Source of the DNA: a bacterium
Lineage (GTDB): Bacteria > SAR324 > JACQKK01
Length of the DNA: 64,000 nucleotides
NCBI GenBank assembly: GCA_965240465.1
Contig: OZ251219.1
Coordinates: 288,001 to 352,000 of the forward strand
Reading direction: 5' to 3'
The position numbers were made by a program, and so were the translations under genes. This document shows, piece after piece, positions 41,471 to 51,590 of this stretch. The notes beneath the pieces were generated by a model. The model saw only the letters and a program-made list of their open reading frames with translations, ran no database searches and was not told where the DNA came from. Position 1 is the first letter of the stretch. The number at the start of each line of letters is the position of its first letter.

Positions 41471-44400
41471 ATGGGAAAGTTATCATTACTCTCAAGCATT
41501 TTTATTATCACTCTTTTCCTAGCCAGCTGTGGTGGCAGTAGCGAAGAGAAAAAAGGTGTTGTAAACCCTGTTACTGATACCGATGGCGACGGCATCGACG
41601 ATTTTGAGGCAGATAGCACCACCAAGAAAGACCTATGCTCCCCTAGTAAAGATGGGAAATTTGTCAGTACCCCCATAACTGACCACGATCGCGACGGTTG
41701 CAAAGATGACGGCGAAGACCCCGATGACGACAATGATAACAAAAAAGATGCTGTTGATGACTGCGAAAAAAGCCCCAAAGGCTTCCTCAGCGGCGATAGA
41801 ACCACCGACTACGATGACGACGGCTGTAAAGATGATGACCCCGAAGACCCCGATGACGACAATGATACTGTCAACGATTTCGAGGTAAATGGCACCACCG
41901 AGAAAGATAAATGCCGCACCAGCGAAACCTCCGGCTTTATCAGCGTTAGCACCAGCAATAACCCCGCAGCTATCAACGACTACGATGGCGACGGCTGCGA
42001 AGATGCTGGCGAAGACGAAGATGACGACGATGATACTGTCAACGATTTCGAGGCAGATGGCACCACCGAGAAAGATAATTGCCGCACCAGCAAAACCTCC
42101 GGCTTTATCAGCGTTAGCACCAGCAATAACCCCCTAGCTATCAACGACTACGATGGCGACGGCTGCGAAGATGCTGGCGAAGACAAAGATGACGACGATG
42201 ATACTGTCAACGATTTTGAGGCAGATGGCACCACCGAGAAAGATAAATGCCGCACCAGCGAAACCTCAGGCTTTATCAGCGTTAGCACCAGCAATAACCC
42301 CCTAGATATCAACGACTACGATGGCGACGGCTGCGAAGATGCTGGCGAAGACAAAGATGACGACGATGATGGGGTCGCCGATTTTGAGGCAAATGGCACC
42401 ACCGAGAAAGATAAGTGCCCTCTTGTAGGCTTCACTACCGATAATAATGGCGACGGCTGCGAAGACACCACTACCGATAGCGATGGTGATACGGTATTCG
42501 ACGATTCTGACAGATGCATAACAAGCGAAACCTCCGGCTTTATCAGCGTTAGCACCAGCAATAACCCCCTAGCTATCAACGACTACGATGGCGACGGCTG
42601 CGAAGATGCTGGCGAAGACAAAGATGACGACGATGATGGGGTCGCCGATTTTGAGGCAAATGGCACCACCGAGAAAGATAAATGCCCTCTTGTAGGCTTC
42701 ACTACCGATAATAATGGCGACGGCTGCGAAGACACCACTACCGATAGCGATGGTGATACGGTATTCGACGATTCTGACAGATGCATAACAAGCAAAACCT
42801 CCAGCTTTATCAGCGTTAGCACCAGCAATAACCCCCTAGCTATCAACGACTACGATGGCGACGGCTGCGAAGATGCTGGCGAAGACAAAGATGACGACGA
42901 TGATACTGTCAACGATTTCGAGGCAGATGGCACCACCGAGAAAGATAAATGCCGCACCAGCGAAACCTCTGGCTTTATCAGCGTTAGCACCAGCAATAAC
43001 CCCCTAGATATCAACGACTACGATGGCGACGGCTGCGAAGATGCTGGCGAAGACGAAGATGACGACGATGATACTGTCAACGATTTCAAGGCAGATGGCA
43101 CCACCGAGAAAGATAATTGCCGCACCAGCGAAACCTCTGGCTTTATCAGCGTTAGCACCAGCAATAACCCCCTAGATATCAACGACTACGATGGCGACGG
43201 CTGCGAAGATGCTGGCGAAGACAAAGATGACAACAACAACGGTCTGATGGAAATTGCCACTGCTGATGAGCTAGGCAATATCCGCTACAGCCTGGATGGC
43301 ACTCGCTATGGTGATGGCAGTAGTTCATCTGATGCGGGCTGTCCTACTATTAATCCTGTGGGTTGCATTGGCTATGAATTAGCCAATGATATTGACTTGC
43401 TATCCGTCAACTTTGAACCCATTACGGGTAATTTTACCGCTATCTTAGAAGGCAATAATAAAACCATCAGCAACCTAGTCATTGTCACTGACGCTAACAC
43501 CAAAAACGCGGGCTTCTTTATATCCTTGGCTTCTGGTAGCACGGTACGGAACTTGTCCTTTGCAACAGGTTCAGTTACCAGTAACTATGTTGGTGGCACT
43601 CAAAACAGTCCCAACTTTGTAGGAGTTCTAGCCGCTGGTAATGTTGGAGTAATATCCGATGTTTCTATTACGGGGATCTCGGTTACTACCGGCGATGGTG
43701 ATTATGACCGTGTAGGTGGCTTAGTGGGTGGTAATATTAATACTGGCACCATCCAGGATAGCTCCTCTGCCGCTGTCTCTGTTACTGGAGGGGCTGGAAG
43801 TGACCAGGTGGGTGGCTTAGTGGGTAGTAATATTGGCACCATCCAGGATAGCTCCTCTGCCGCTGCCTCTGTTACTGGAGGTGCTGGAAGTGACCAGGTG
43901 GGTGGCTTAGTGGGTGGTAATATTGATACTGGCATCATCCAGGATAGCTCCTCTGCCGCTGACTCTGTTGCTGGAGGGGCTGATACTGACTATGTGGGTG
44001 GCTTGGTCGGTAGTAATTACCATATCATCCAAAGCAGCTCTGCCACTGGCAATGCTTATGGAGGGGCTGGAGGTGACCAGGTGGGCGGTTTGGTAGGTTC
44101 AAATGCTGCTGGAGGCATCATCCGAAATAGCTATGCCACTGGTGATGCTGATGGCAATGATAATGATCCTGGTATTGAATGGGTGGGTGGTTTGGTGGGT
44201 AGTAATTACAACATCATCCAAGACAGCTATGCCACTGGTGATGCTTATGGAAGTGAGAATAATGACTATGTCGGTGGCTTGGTGGGAGGTATTATTTCTG
44301 GAAGCATCAAGAATAGTTATGTCTTAGGCAATGTTGATGGTGGTGGTGGTAATGACCATGTTGGCTACTTGGTGGGCTGGAAATACGCTGGTACAATTGC

Positions 44401-44689
44401 CGCCAACTATTATTATGGTGATATCATGTTGAATAATGGTGAGACCGTATTCGCCCTTAACGACGACGAGGTTAAAATCAAAACCAGCGATAACTTAAAA
44501 GACTTGACTGCCATCATCAGCGAAGGTGATTTCGGTACGGGCAAAGGCTTTAGTACCAAAAACTGGGATTTTGGTTCAACAAGCCAATACCCCAGCCTGA
44601 AATCCTACAATTCCACCGCTGGCGAGGGCACTCTACTCTGCGGGCAATTACCCGAAGCTGACTTCGTTCAGTGTCCTCCTACGCCTTAG
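41471..44689 (+). CDS. Array lipoprotein 8 (56-aa and 89-aa stalk repeats)
   Basis: AGGAGG RBS; FLASC; 168-bp and 267-bp tandem units. Confidence 0.9.
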   Translation: MGKLSLLSSIFIITLFLASCGGSSEEKKGVVNPVTDTDGDGIDDFEADSTTKKDLCSPSKDGKFVSTPITDHDRDGCKDDGEDPDDDNDNKKDAVDDCEKSPKGFLSGDRTTDYDDDGCKDDDPEDPDDDNDTVNDFEVNGTTEKDKCRTSETSGFISVSTSNNPAAINDYDGDGCEDAGEDEDDDDDTVNDFEADGTTEKDNCRTSKTSGFISVSTSNNPLAINDYDGDGCEDAGEDKDDDDDTVNDFEADGTTEKDKCRTSETSGFISVSTSNNPLDINDYDGDGCEDAGEDKDDDDDGVADFEANGTTEKDKCPLVGFTTDNNGDGCEDTTTDSDGDTVFDDSDRCITSETSGFISVSTSNNPLAINDYDGDGCEDAGEDKDDDDDGVADFEANGTTEKDKCPLVGFTTDNNGDGCEDTTTDSDGDTVFDDSDRCITSKTSSFISVSTSNNPLAINDYDGDGCEDAGEDKDDDDDTVNDFEADGTTEKDKCRTSETSGFISVSTSNNPLDINDYDGDGCEDAGEDEDDDDDTVNDFKADGTTEKDNCRTSETSGFISVSTSNNPLDINDYDGDGCEDAGEDKDDNNNGLMEIATADELGNIRYSLDGTRYGDGSSSSDAGCPTINPVGCIGYELANDIDLLSVNFEPITGNFTAILEGNNKTISNLVIVTDANTKNAGFFISLASGSTVRNLSFATGSVTSNYVGGTQNSPNFVGVLAAGNVGVISDVSITGISVTTGDGDYDRVGGLVGGNINTGTIQDSSSAAVSVTGGAGSDQVGGLVGSNIGTIQDSSSAAASVTGGAGSDQVGGLVGGNIDTGIIQDSSSAADSVAGGADTDYVGGLVGSNYHIIQSSSATGNAYGGAGGDQVGGLVGSNAAGGIIRNSYATGDADGNDNDPGIEWVGGLVGSNYNIIQDSYATGDAYGSENNDYVGGLVGGIISGSIKNSYVLGNVDGGGGNDHVGYLVGWKYAGTIAANYYYGDIMLNNGETVFALNDDEVKIKTSDNLKDLTAIISEGDFGTGKGFSTKNWDFGSTSQYPSLKSYNSTAGEGTLLCGQLPEADFVQCPPTP

Positions 44690-44737
44690 GATGGACCCTC
44701 GGCAGACTGCTTGAAAAAGGTAGCCAACCATTTTTCT

Positions 44738-44772
44738 GGGAGTGAGTTAATACTCACTCCCTTTCTTTTTTT
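44738..44772 (+). terminator. Repeated array terminator hairpin
   Basis: Same stem as 41224. Confidence 0.85.
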
Positions 44773-44860
44773 GGGGACTGCATTTTGCTCTTTTAAGCAC
44801 TTGATAAACCGATCGCCAATGAAGTTCTGGCTGACTGTGTTCAGTGTGTAACCACTAAAC

Positions 44861-44889
44861 TTGACAGTAGCTAATTTTTGGTGCATAAT
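44861..44889 (+). promoter_or_regulatory. Putative sigma70 promoter for array genes 9-10 (identical copy at 57991-58019)
   Basis: TTGACA-17 bp-CATAAT. Confidence 0.65.
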
Positions 44890-45000
44890 AGGCGGTATGG
44901 GTTGTCTTGTGCTCTAAGGTACATCACCCCAAGGTACATCAATTTGTGGCGGTTTATGTTAGATCATATCAGTCAAAATTAACGAATAGTAGGAAACTCA

Positions 45001-46821
45001 ATGAAAAAATTATCATTACTCTCAAGCATTTTTGTTATCACTCTTTTCTTAGCCAGCTGTGGCGGTAGTGAAGATAAGAACGATGGCGGTAGCGAAGATA
45101 AGAAAGGTGTTGTAGACCCTGTTACTGATACCGATGGCGATGGAATCAACGATTTCAAGGCAGATGGCACCACCAAGCTAGATAGATGCCAACCAAGCGA
45201 AGACATCACCTTTAGAAGCACTGCCGCCAACGACCGCGATAGCGACGGCTGCGAAGATGCTGGCGAAGACAAAGATGACGACAATGATGGGATCAACGAT
45301 GTTGATATAAACGGCAACGAGCTAGATCAATGCCCCGAAGGCATAATTGGCATTGGAAATGACCTAGATAACGACGGCTGTAAAAACTCCAAAGACACCG
45401 ATGATGACAACGATACCATACTTGATACTGCTGATGCCTGTCCCAGAGGCATAATTGGCACTAACGATCCCGATGCTGACAGCGACGGCTGTAAAGATTC
45501 AGTGGATGTCGATGACGACAACAACGGTCTAATAGAAATCGCCACTGCTGCCGAGCTAGACAACATCCGCTACCAACTGGACGGCACTAGCTATAAAACA
45601 AGTGCCAACGATATAGGCTCTGATACGGGCTGTCCTACTGCTGATCCTGTGGGTTGCAATGGCTACGAACTAGCTGGCGACATTGATCTTTCTTCCATTA
45701 CCGACTTTGAACCCATTGGACCATCAGGCAGTCCTTTCACGGCTATCTTTGAAGGCAATGGCAACACCATCAGCAACCTAATCATTAGCAATGACACTAG
45801 ATACGTCGGTTTCTTTGGAATCTTGGGTGCTAGTAGCGAAGTCCGAAACTTGTCCTTTGCAAAAAGTGCAACGGACACAGGTTCAGTTACCAGTAGAAAC
45901 ATCTCTATTTCTACTGAAATTGGTAGCGTGGGAACCCTGGCAGGCGAAAATAGAGGAACAATATCCAATGTTTCCACTGCTCTCTCTGTTTCCGTTGATC
46001 TCAATACTTCCGTAACTGGTCCCAAGTATGTAGGTGGCTTGGTAGGTGAGAGTACGAGTACTGGTACCATACAAAACAGCTCTGCCACTGGAAATGTCAG
46101 CGGCGGTAGCGGTGGTGACACCATAGGTGGCTTGACGGGATCAGGAACTGTAACGAACAGTTACTACTCCACAGGCACTGTTGATGGGGGTAGCGGTAAT
46201 GACACCGTAGGTGGCTTGACGGGATCAGGAACTGTAACGAACAGTTACTACTCCACAGGCACTGTTGATGGGGGTAGCGATAATGACAGAGTAGGTGGCT
46301 TGACGGGATTGGGAAGTGTAACGAACAGCTACTCCACAGGCACTGTTAATGGGGGTAGCGGTAATGACAAAGTAGGTGGCTTGACGGGATTGGGAAGTGT
46401 AACGAACAGCTACTCCATAGCCACTGTTAATGGGGGTACTGGTACCGATACAGTCGGTCACTTAACTGTCCCTATTAGTATCTCGGCGAATCCTGTTGTT
46501 ACTAACAGCTATTATGATAGTGGTATCACCCCGACGGAAGGGACCCTCCAAACCTATGGGACCGGCAAAACCAGCGACCAGCTGAAAGCCATCAACAATG
46601 TTGCCTCCATTACTGATACTACTTGCACTAGTGCTGGGGGAACTTGGGATGGCACTGCATGCACCGATGGGCATCTGAACCTTAGTACCGACAACTGGGA
46701 TTTCACTGCTGGCAAATACCCCAGCCTGAAATCCTACAAGGTGGATGCCAACGATGCCCAAATCGCAGGCGATCTACTCTGTAACCAACCCACCGACTTC
46801 GTTCAGTGTGCTATGCCTTAG
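45001..46821 (+). CDS. Array lipoprotein 9 (short VGGLTG repeat variant)
   Basis: FLASC; GGLTG-type repeats; LLCNQPTDFVQC end. Confidence 0.9.
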   Translation: MKKLSLLSSIFVITLFLASCGGSEDKNDGGSEDKKGVVDPVTDTDGDGINDFKADGTTKLDRCQPSEDITFRSTAANDRDSDGCEDAGEDKDDDNDGINDVDINGNELDQCPEGIIGIGNDLDNDGCKNSKDTDDDNDTILDTADACPRGIIGTNDPDADSDGCKDSVDVDDDNNGLIEIATAAELDNIRYQLDGTSYKTSANDIGSDTGCPTADPVGCNGYELAGDIDLSSITDFEPIGPSGSPFTAIFEGNGNTISNLIISNDTRYVGFFGILGASSEVRNLSFAKSATDTGSVTSRNISISTEIGSVGTLAGENRGTISNVSTALSVSVDLNTSVTGPKYVGGLVGESTSTGTIQNSSATGNVSGGSGGDTIGGLTGSGTVTNSYYSTGTVDGGSGNDTVGGLTGSGTVTNSYYSTGTVDGGSDNDRVGGLTGLGSVTNSYSTGTVNGGSGNDKVGGLTGLGSVTNSYSIATVNGGTGTDTVGHLTVPISISANPVVTNSYYDSGITPTEGTLQTYGTGKTSDQLKAINNVASITDTTCTSAGGTWDGTACTDGHLNLSTDNWDFTAGKYPSLKSYKVDANDAQIAGDLLCNQPTDFVQCAMP

Positions 46822-46930
46822 GCATTGCCCTACCTCCTCTCCTGACTCTTGCCTCCTCGGGTGCTACCTTAGGGGCGGTACTTTCACGCATTCTAACTAG
46901 GACTACCCAAATAATGTAACAGGATTACCC

Positions 46931-49801
46931 ATGAAAAAATTATCACTACTTTCGGCTTGTATTTTCGCTCTATTTTTAGCTAGCTGCGGAGGGGGTATAA
47001 GTAGCGGGGGTGGCAGTTCCAAGCCTGCTGATGCCGATTCCGATGGCGTCCCTGATCTTGTAGACCAATGCTCTCCTAGTGCTGATGAGAAATTCATCAG
47101 TACCTCCAAAACCGACTACGATAGCGACGGTTGCAAAGATGACGACCCTCACGGAGAAGACGATGATGACGACAATGATAAAGTCCCCGATGTTGATCCA
47201 AACGGCGACCCTACCAAAGATGACAAATGCCCCAAAGGCAGTTTGTTCACCAGCATAAGCACCAGCACTGACTCCACCGTAACTATCACCGACTACGATA
47301 GCGACGGTTGCAAAGATGACGACCCTCACGGAGAAGACGATGATGACGACAATGATGGAGTCCCCGATGTTGATCCAAACGGCGACCCTACCAAAAATGA
47401 CAAATGCCCCAAAGGCAATTTGTTCACCAGCATAAGCACCAGCACTGACTCCACCGTAACTATCACCGACGTTGATGGCGACGGCTGTGAAGATGGCACC
47501 ACCGAAGATATTGACCTTGACGGAGATGGTCAAAGAAATTCAGCGGATGACGATGATGACGGTGATGGCAAAGAAGATGTTGCTGATGCCTGTCCCAGAG
47601 GCATTATTGGCACTGTCGGTCTTGATATTGACGACGATGGCTGTAAAAATGCCGAAGATGATGATGATGACGGTGACAACGAACCAGACACAACTGATGT
47701 GGATGATGATAATGACGGTCTGATAGAGATTGCCACTGCTACCGAGCTAAACAATATCCGCTACAGCCTGGATGGCACTCGCTATGATGATGATGAAGAT
47801 GACAGCACCGGTAATGAAGGCTCTAATGCAGGCTGTCCTACTACTAATCCCGTAGGTTGCAATGGCTATAAATTAACCAGTGACATTGACTTGGGATCCA
47901 ACAACTTTGAACCCATTGTAGGAGGTTTTACCGCTATATTAGAAGGCAATTATAAAACCATCCACAACCTAGTCATTGTCACTGACGCTAACACCAGAAA
48001 CGCGGGCTTCTTTATGCTCTTGGCTACTGGCAGCACGGTACAGAACTTGTCCTTTGCAACAGGTTCAGTTACCAGTGGCTATATTGGTGGCACTCAAAGC
48101 AGTGCCAACTATATAGGGGTTCTAGCCGCTGGTAATGATGGAGCAATATCCAATGTTTCTACTACGGGGATCTCGGTTACTGCCGGCAATGGTGATTATG
48201 ACCATGTAGGTGGCTTGGTGGGTGATAATACTAATACTGGCACCATCCAGGGTAGCTCTGCCACTGGCAATGTTGCTGGCGGTGATGGTAGTGGTGACAA
48301 TGTAGGTGGCTTAGTGGGTGGTAATGCTGGCACCATCAAAAATGGCTCTGCCACTGGCAATGTTGCTAGCGGTGATGGAAGTGACCAGGTGGGCGGTTTG
48401 GTAGGTGATAATACTAGTACTGGCACCATCAAAAATAGCTCTGCCACTGGCAATGTTACTGATGGTGCTGGCGGTAGTTTTGTAGGTGGCTTGATAGGGA
48501 GTAATTACAATATCATCCAAGACAGTTATGCCACTGGCAATGTTGATGGAGGTGCTGGAGATGACCAGGTGGGCGGTTTGGTGGGTGGTAATGCTGGCAC
48601 CATCAAAAATAGCCGTGCCACTACTGGCTCTGTTGCTGGAGGTGACGGAAATGACCGTGTAGGTGGCTTGGCAGGGAGTAATACAAATATCATCCAAGAC
48701 AGTGATGCCACTGGCAACGTTGCTGGAGGTGACGGAAATGACCGTGTAGGTGGCTTAGTGGGTGGTAATACTAATACTGGCACCATCCAAAGCGGCTCTG
48801 CCACTGGCAACGTTGCTGGAGGTGACGGAAATGACCGTGTAGGTGGCTTAGTGGGTGGTAATACTAATACTGGCACCATCCAAAGCAGCTCTGCTAGTGC
48901 GAATAATGACTATGTAGGTGGCTTGGTAGGTTATAATAATGGAGGCACCATCAGAAATAGCTATGCCACTGGAAATGCTGCTGGAGGTGACGGAAATGAC
49001 CGTATAGGTGGCTTAGTGGGTAGTAATACTGGCACCATCAGAAATAGCTATGCCACTACTGGCGATGTTGCTGGAGGTGCAAATGATGACTATGTAGGTG
49101 GCTTGGTAGGTTATAATAATGGCACCATCAGAGGTAGCTATGCCACTACTGGCGATGTTGCTGGAGGTGCGAATAATGACTATGTAGGTGGCTTGGTAGG
49201 TTATAATAATGGCACCATCGGAAATAGCTATGCCACTACTGGCGACGTTGCTGGAGGTGCGAATAATGACTATGTAGGTGGCTTGGTGGGTAGTAATTAC
49301 AACATCATCCAAGACAGCTATGCCGCTGGAAAGGCCGATGGAGGTGCGAATGATGACTATGTAGGTGGCTTGGTGGGAATTCTTTTTGCTGGAAGCATCA
49401 AGAATAATTATGTCCTAGGCAATGTTGACGGTGGTGATGGTAATAGTGACTGGGTTGGCTACTTGATGGGCTCGAGAAGCAACACTGATACTACAGCTGC
49501 TGGCAACTATTATAATAGTGAGAGTAGCCGTGAGGGTGCTGAGGAAGAATTAACCCTTAACAACACCGAGGTTAGAAGCAAAACCAGCGACAAACTAAAA
49601 AAATTGACTGCCAATAACACCGAAACTGACTTTGGTGCGGGTAATCGCTGGAATAAATACAACTGGGATTTTGGCACAAACACCGAATACCCCACCTTGA
49701 AGTCCTTCAGGGTGGATTCCAACAATGACCAAATTGAGGGCTATTTACTCTGTGGACAAAAACCCACAGGCGACTTCGTTCAGTGTATCTCTACGCCTTA
49801 A
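46931..49801 (+). CDS. Array lipoprotein 10 (longest GLUG tract)
   Basis: Same architecture; more than a dozen VGGL[VIA]G repeats. Confidence 0.9.
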   Translation: MKKLSLLSACIFALFLASCGGGISSGGGSSKPADADSDGVPDLVDQCSPSADEKFISTSKTDYDSDGCKDDDPHGEDDDDDNDKVPDVDPNGDPTKDDKCPKGSLFTSISTSTDSTVTITDYDSDGCKDDDPHGEDDDDDNDGVPDVDPNGDPTKNDKCPKGNLFTSISTSTDSTVTITDVDGDGCEDGTTEDIDLDGDGQRNSADDDDDGDGKEDVADACPRGIIGTVGLDIDDDGCKNAEDDDDDGDNEPDTTDVDDDNDGLIEIATATELNNIRYSLDGTRYDDDEDDSTGNEGSNAGCPTTNPVGCNGYKLTSDIDLGSNNFEPIVGGFTAILEGNYKTIHNLVIVTDANTRNAGFFMLLATGSTVQNLSFATGSVTSGYIGGTQSSANYIGVLAAGNDGAISNVSTTGISVTAGNGDYDHVGGLVGDNTNTGTIQGSSATGNVAGGDGSGDNVGGLVGGNAGTIKNGSATGNVASGDGSDQVGGLVGDNTSTGTIKNSSATGNVTDGAGGSFVGGLIGSNYNIIQDSYATGNVDGGAGDDQVGGLVGGNAGTIKNSRATTGSVAGGDGNDRVGGLAGSNTNIIQDSDATGNVAGGDGNDRVGGLVGGNTNTGTIQSGSATGNVAGGDGNDRVGGLVGGNTNTGTIQSSSASANNDYVGGLVGYNNGGTIRNSYATGNAAGGDGNDRIGGLVGSNTGTIRNSYATTGDVAGGANDDYVGGLVGYNNGTIRGSYATTGDVAGGANNDYVGGLVGYNNGTIGNSYATTGDVAGGANNDYVGGLVGSNYNIIQDSYAAGKADGGANDDYVGGLVGILFAGSIKNNYVLGNVDGGDGNSDWVGYLMGSRSNTDTTAAGNYYNSESSREGAEEELTLNNTEVRSKTSDKLKKLTANNTETDFGAGNRWNKYNWDFGTNTEYPTLKSFRVDSNNDQIEGYLLCGQKPTGDFVQCISTP

Positions 49802-49918
49802 GACATATCGGGCAGATTGTCTATTGACATCCACCCCACCTGGGGTTATCGTGAGAGCAAGTGCTTTCTCTTGCCAATGGGACATCTTTTTTAAAGAATG
49901 TAATAGAGGATATGTCAC

Positions 49919-51481
49919 ATGCAATTATCGCTTAGGAAAATATCCCTCCTCTCAGCCAGTTTTGTTATTGCTTCACTTTTAGCCAGCTGTGGAGGGGGTG
50001 GCTCTATCAACACCGTTGATACCGATTCTGATGGCATCCCAGACACCCAAGATGTAGATGATGACGGAGATGGTTTAATAGAGCTTCACAATGCTACCGA
50101 GCTCAGTAACATCCGCTATGATCTGGACGGCACTCACTATGATGATGATCATGATGACAGCACCGGTAATGAAGGCTCTAACGCTGGCTGTCCTACTACT
50201 AATCCCGTGGGTTGCATTGGCTATGAACTAGCTGATGACATTGACTTAGCGACTGACCCTGCTACCAGCGACTGGGTACCTATCGCGGGGAATTTTATCG
50301 CTACCTTGGAAGGCAATGACTACACCATCAGTAACCTTGTTATCTCCGACGATACCAAATATACCGGTTTATTTACAAACTTGGATTCTGATAGCACGGT
50401 ACAAAACTTGTCCTTTGCGGAAGGTTCAGTTACCAGTAGCTACATTACTAGCACTAGCGAACTTAGCTTTGTAGGAGTTCTAGCGGGCATTAATATTGGA
50501 ACAATATCCAATGTTTCTGTTGGGCTATCGGTTTTTGCCGGCACGAGCGACGATAACCTTGTAGGTGGCTTGGTGGGTGTTAATACTGGCACCATCGTAA
50601 ATAGCTCTGCCACTGGAAATGCCGATGGAGGTGCGGGTAATAATGATAGGGTGGGTGGCTTGGTAGGTGGTTCTCTTTATGGTGGTACCATCCAAAATAG
50701 CTCTGCCACTGGAAATGCCGATGGAGGTGCGGGTAATCATGATAGGGTGGGTGGCTTGGTGGGTTATAATTATGGCAGCACCATCCAAGGTAGCTCTGCC
50801 ACTGGCAATGCTAATGGTGGTAAGGGTGATGATGACTATGTGGGTGGCTTGGTGGGTTATAATGCTGCTGGAAGCACCATTATGGGTTATAATGCTGCTG
50901 TAAGCACCATTCAAAATAGCTATGCCACTGGAAAGGCTGATGGAGGTGCTGGTATTGACTATGTGGGTGGCTTGGTGGGTTATAATGCTGATGGAAGCAC
51001 CATTCAAAATAGCTATGCCACTGGAAAGGCCAATGGAGGTGCAGATTCCGACCGGGTGGGCGGCTTAGTGGGATATATTTATAGTGGAACCTTACAGAAC
51101 AGTTATTCCATAGGTGCTGTTGATGGTGGTGGTGCAACTGATGATGGTGGTGCAACTGATGATGTTGGCCGTTTAGTTGGTGGTAGAGAACCTAATACAA
51201 TTATTACGGCTTCCGACATCTATTATAGTAGTCAGAGTGCCCTTGATAATGGTAGGGAGTTAACAATCCTTGGGATCAGCAAAACCAACGATGAACTAAA
51301 ATCCTTGGTTGACAGTAATACAGGTTGGGATACCAAAAACTGGAATTTTGGTTCAACAAGCCAATACCCCAGCTTAAAGTCTTACAAAGAGAATTCCAGC
51401 GGTGAACAAGTTAATGGCAAGTTACTCTGTGACCAACCCACCGACTTCGTTCAATGTCCTACGCATGCCCCTACGTCTTAA
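49919..51481 (+). CDS. Array lipoprotein 11 (almost stalkless)
   Basis: Lipobox LLASC; upstream TTGACA-17 bp-TATCGT at 49824. Confidence 0.88.
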   Translation: MQLSLRKISLLSASFVIASLLASCGGGGSINTVDTDSDGIPDTQDVDDDGDGLIELHNATELSNIRYDLDGTHYDDDHDDSTGNEGSNAGCPTTNPVGCIGYELADDIDLATDPATSDWVPIAGNFIATLEGNDYTISNLVISDDTKYTGLFTNLDSDSTVQNLSFAEGSVTSSYITSTSELSFVGVLAGINIGTISNVSVGLSVFAGTSDDNLVGGLVGVNTGTIVNSSATGNADGGAGNNDRVGGLVGGSLYGGTIQNSSATGNADGGAGNHDRVGGLVGYNYGSTIQGSSATGNANGGKGDDDYVGGLVGYNAAGSTIMGYNAAVSTIQNSYATGKADGGAGIDYVGGLVGYNADGSTIQNSYATGKANGGADSDRVGGLVGYIYSGTLQNSYSIGAVDGGGATDDGGATDDVGRLVGGREPNTIITASDIYYSSQSALDNGRELTILGISKTNDELKSLVDSNTGWDTKNWNFGSTSQYPSLKSYKENSSGEQVNGKLLCDQPTDFVQCPTHAPTS

Positions 51482-51590
51482 GGCTACACCCTTAACTACC
51501 ATCCTTACCTCCTTGGTTGCTTTGGTTGCTACCGTGGGAGATAGCACTTTCTGGCGGCACAGCCTTTCTTAGCTACTAAAAGGACTAACC

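Noticed and set aside
44937-44964. dif-like site (TTATGTTAGAT resembles the XerD arm; copy near 58084)
   Set aside because: Only one arm matches; the left arm does not resemble a XerC site
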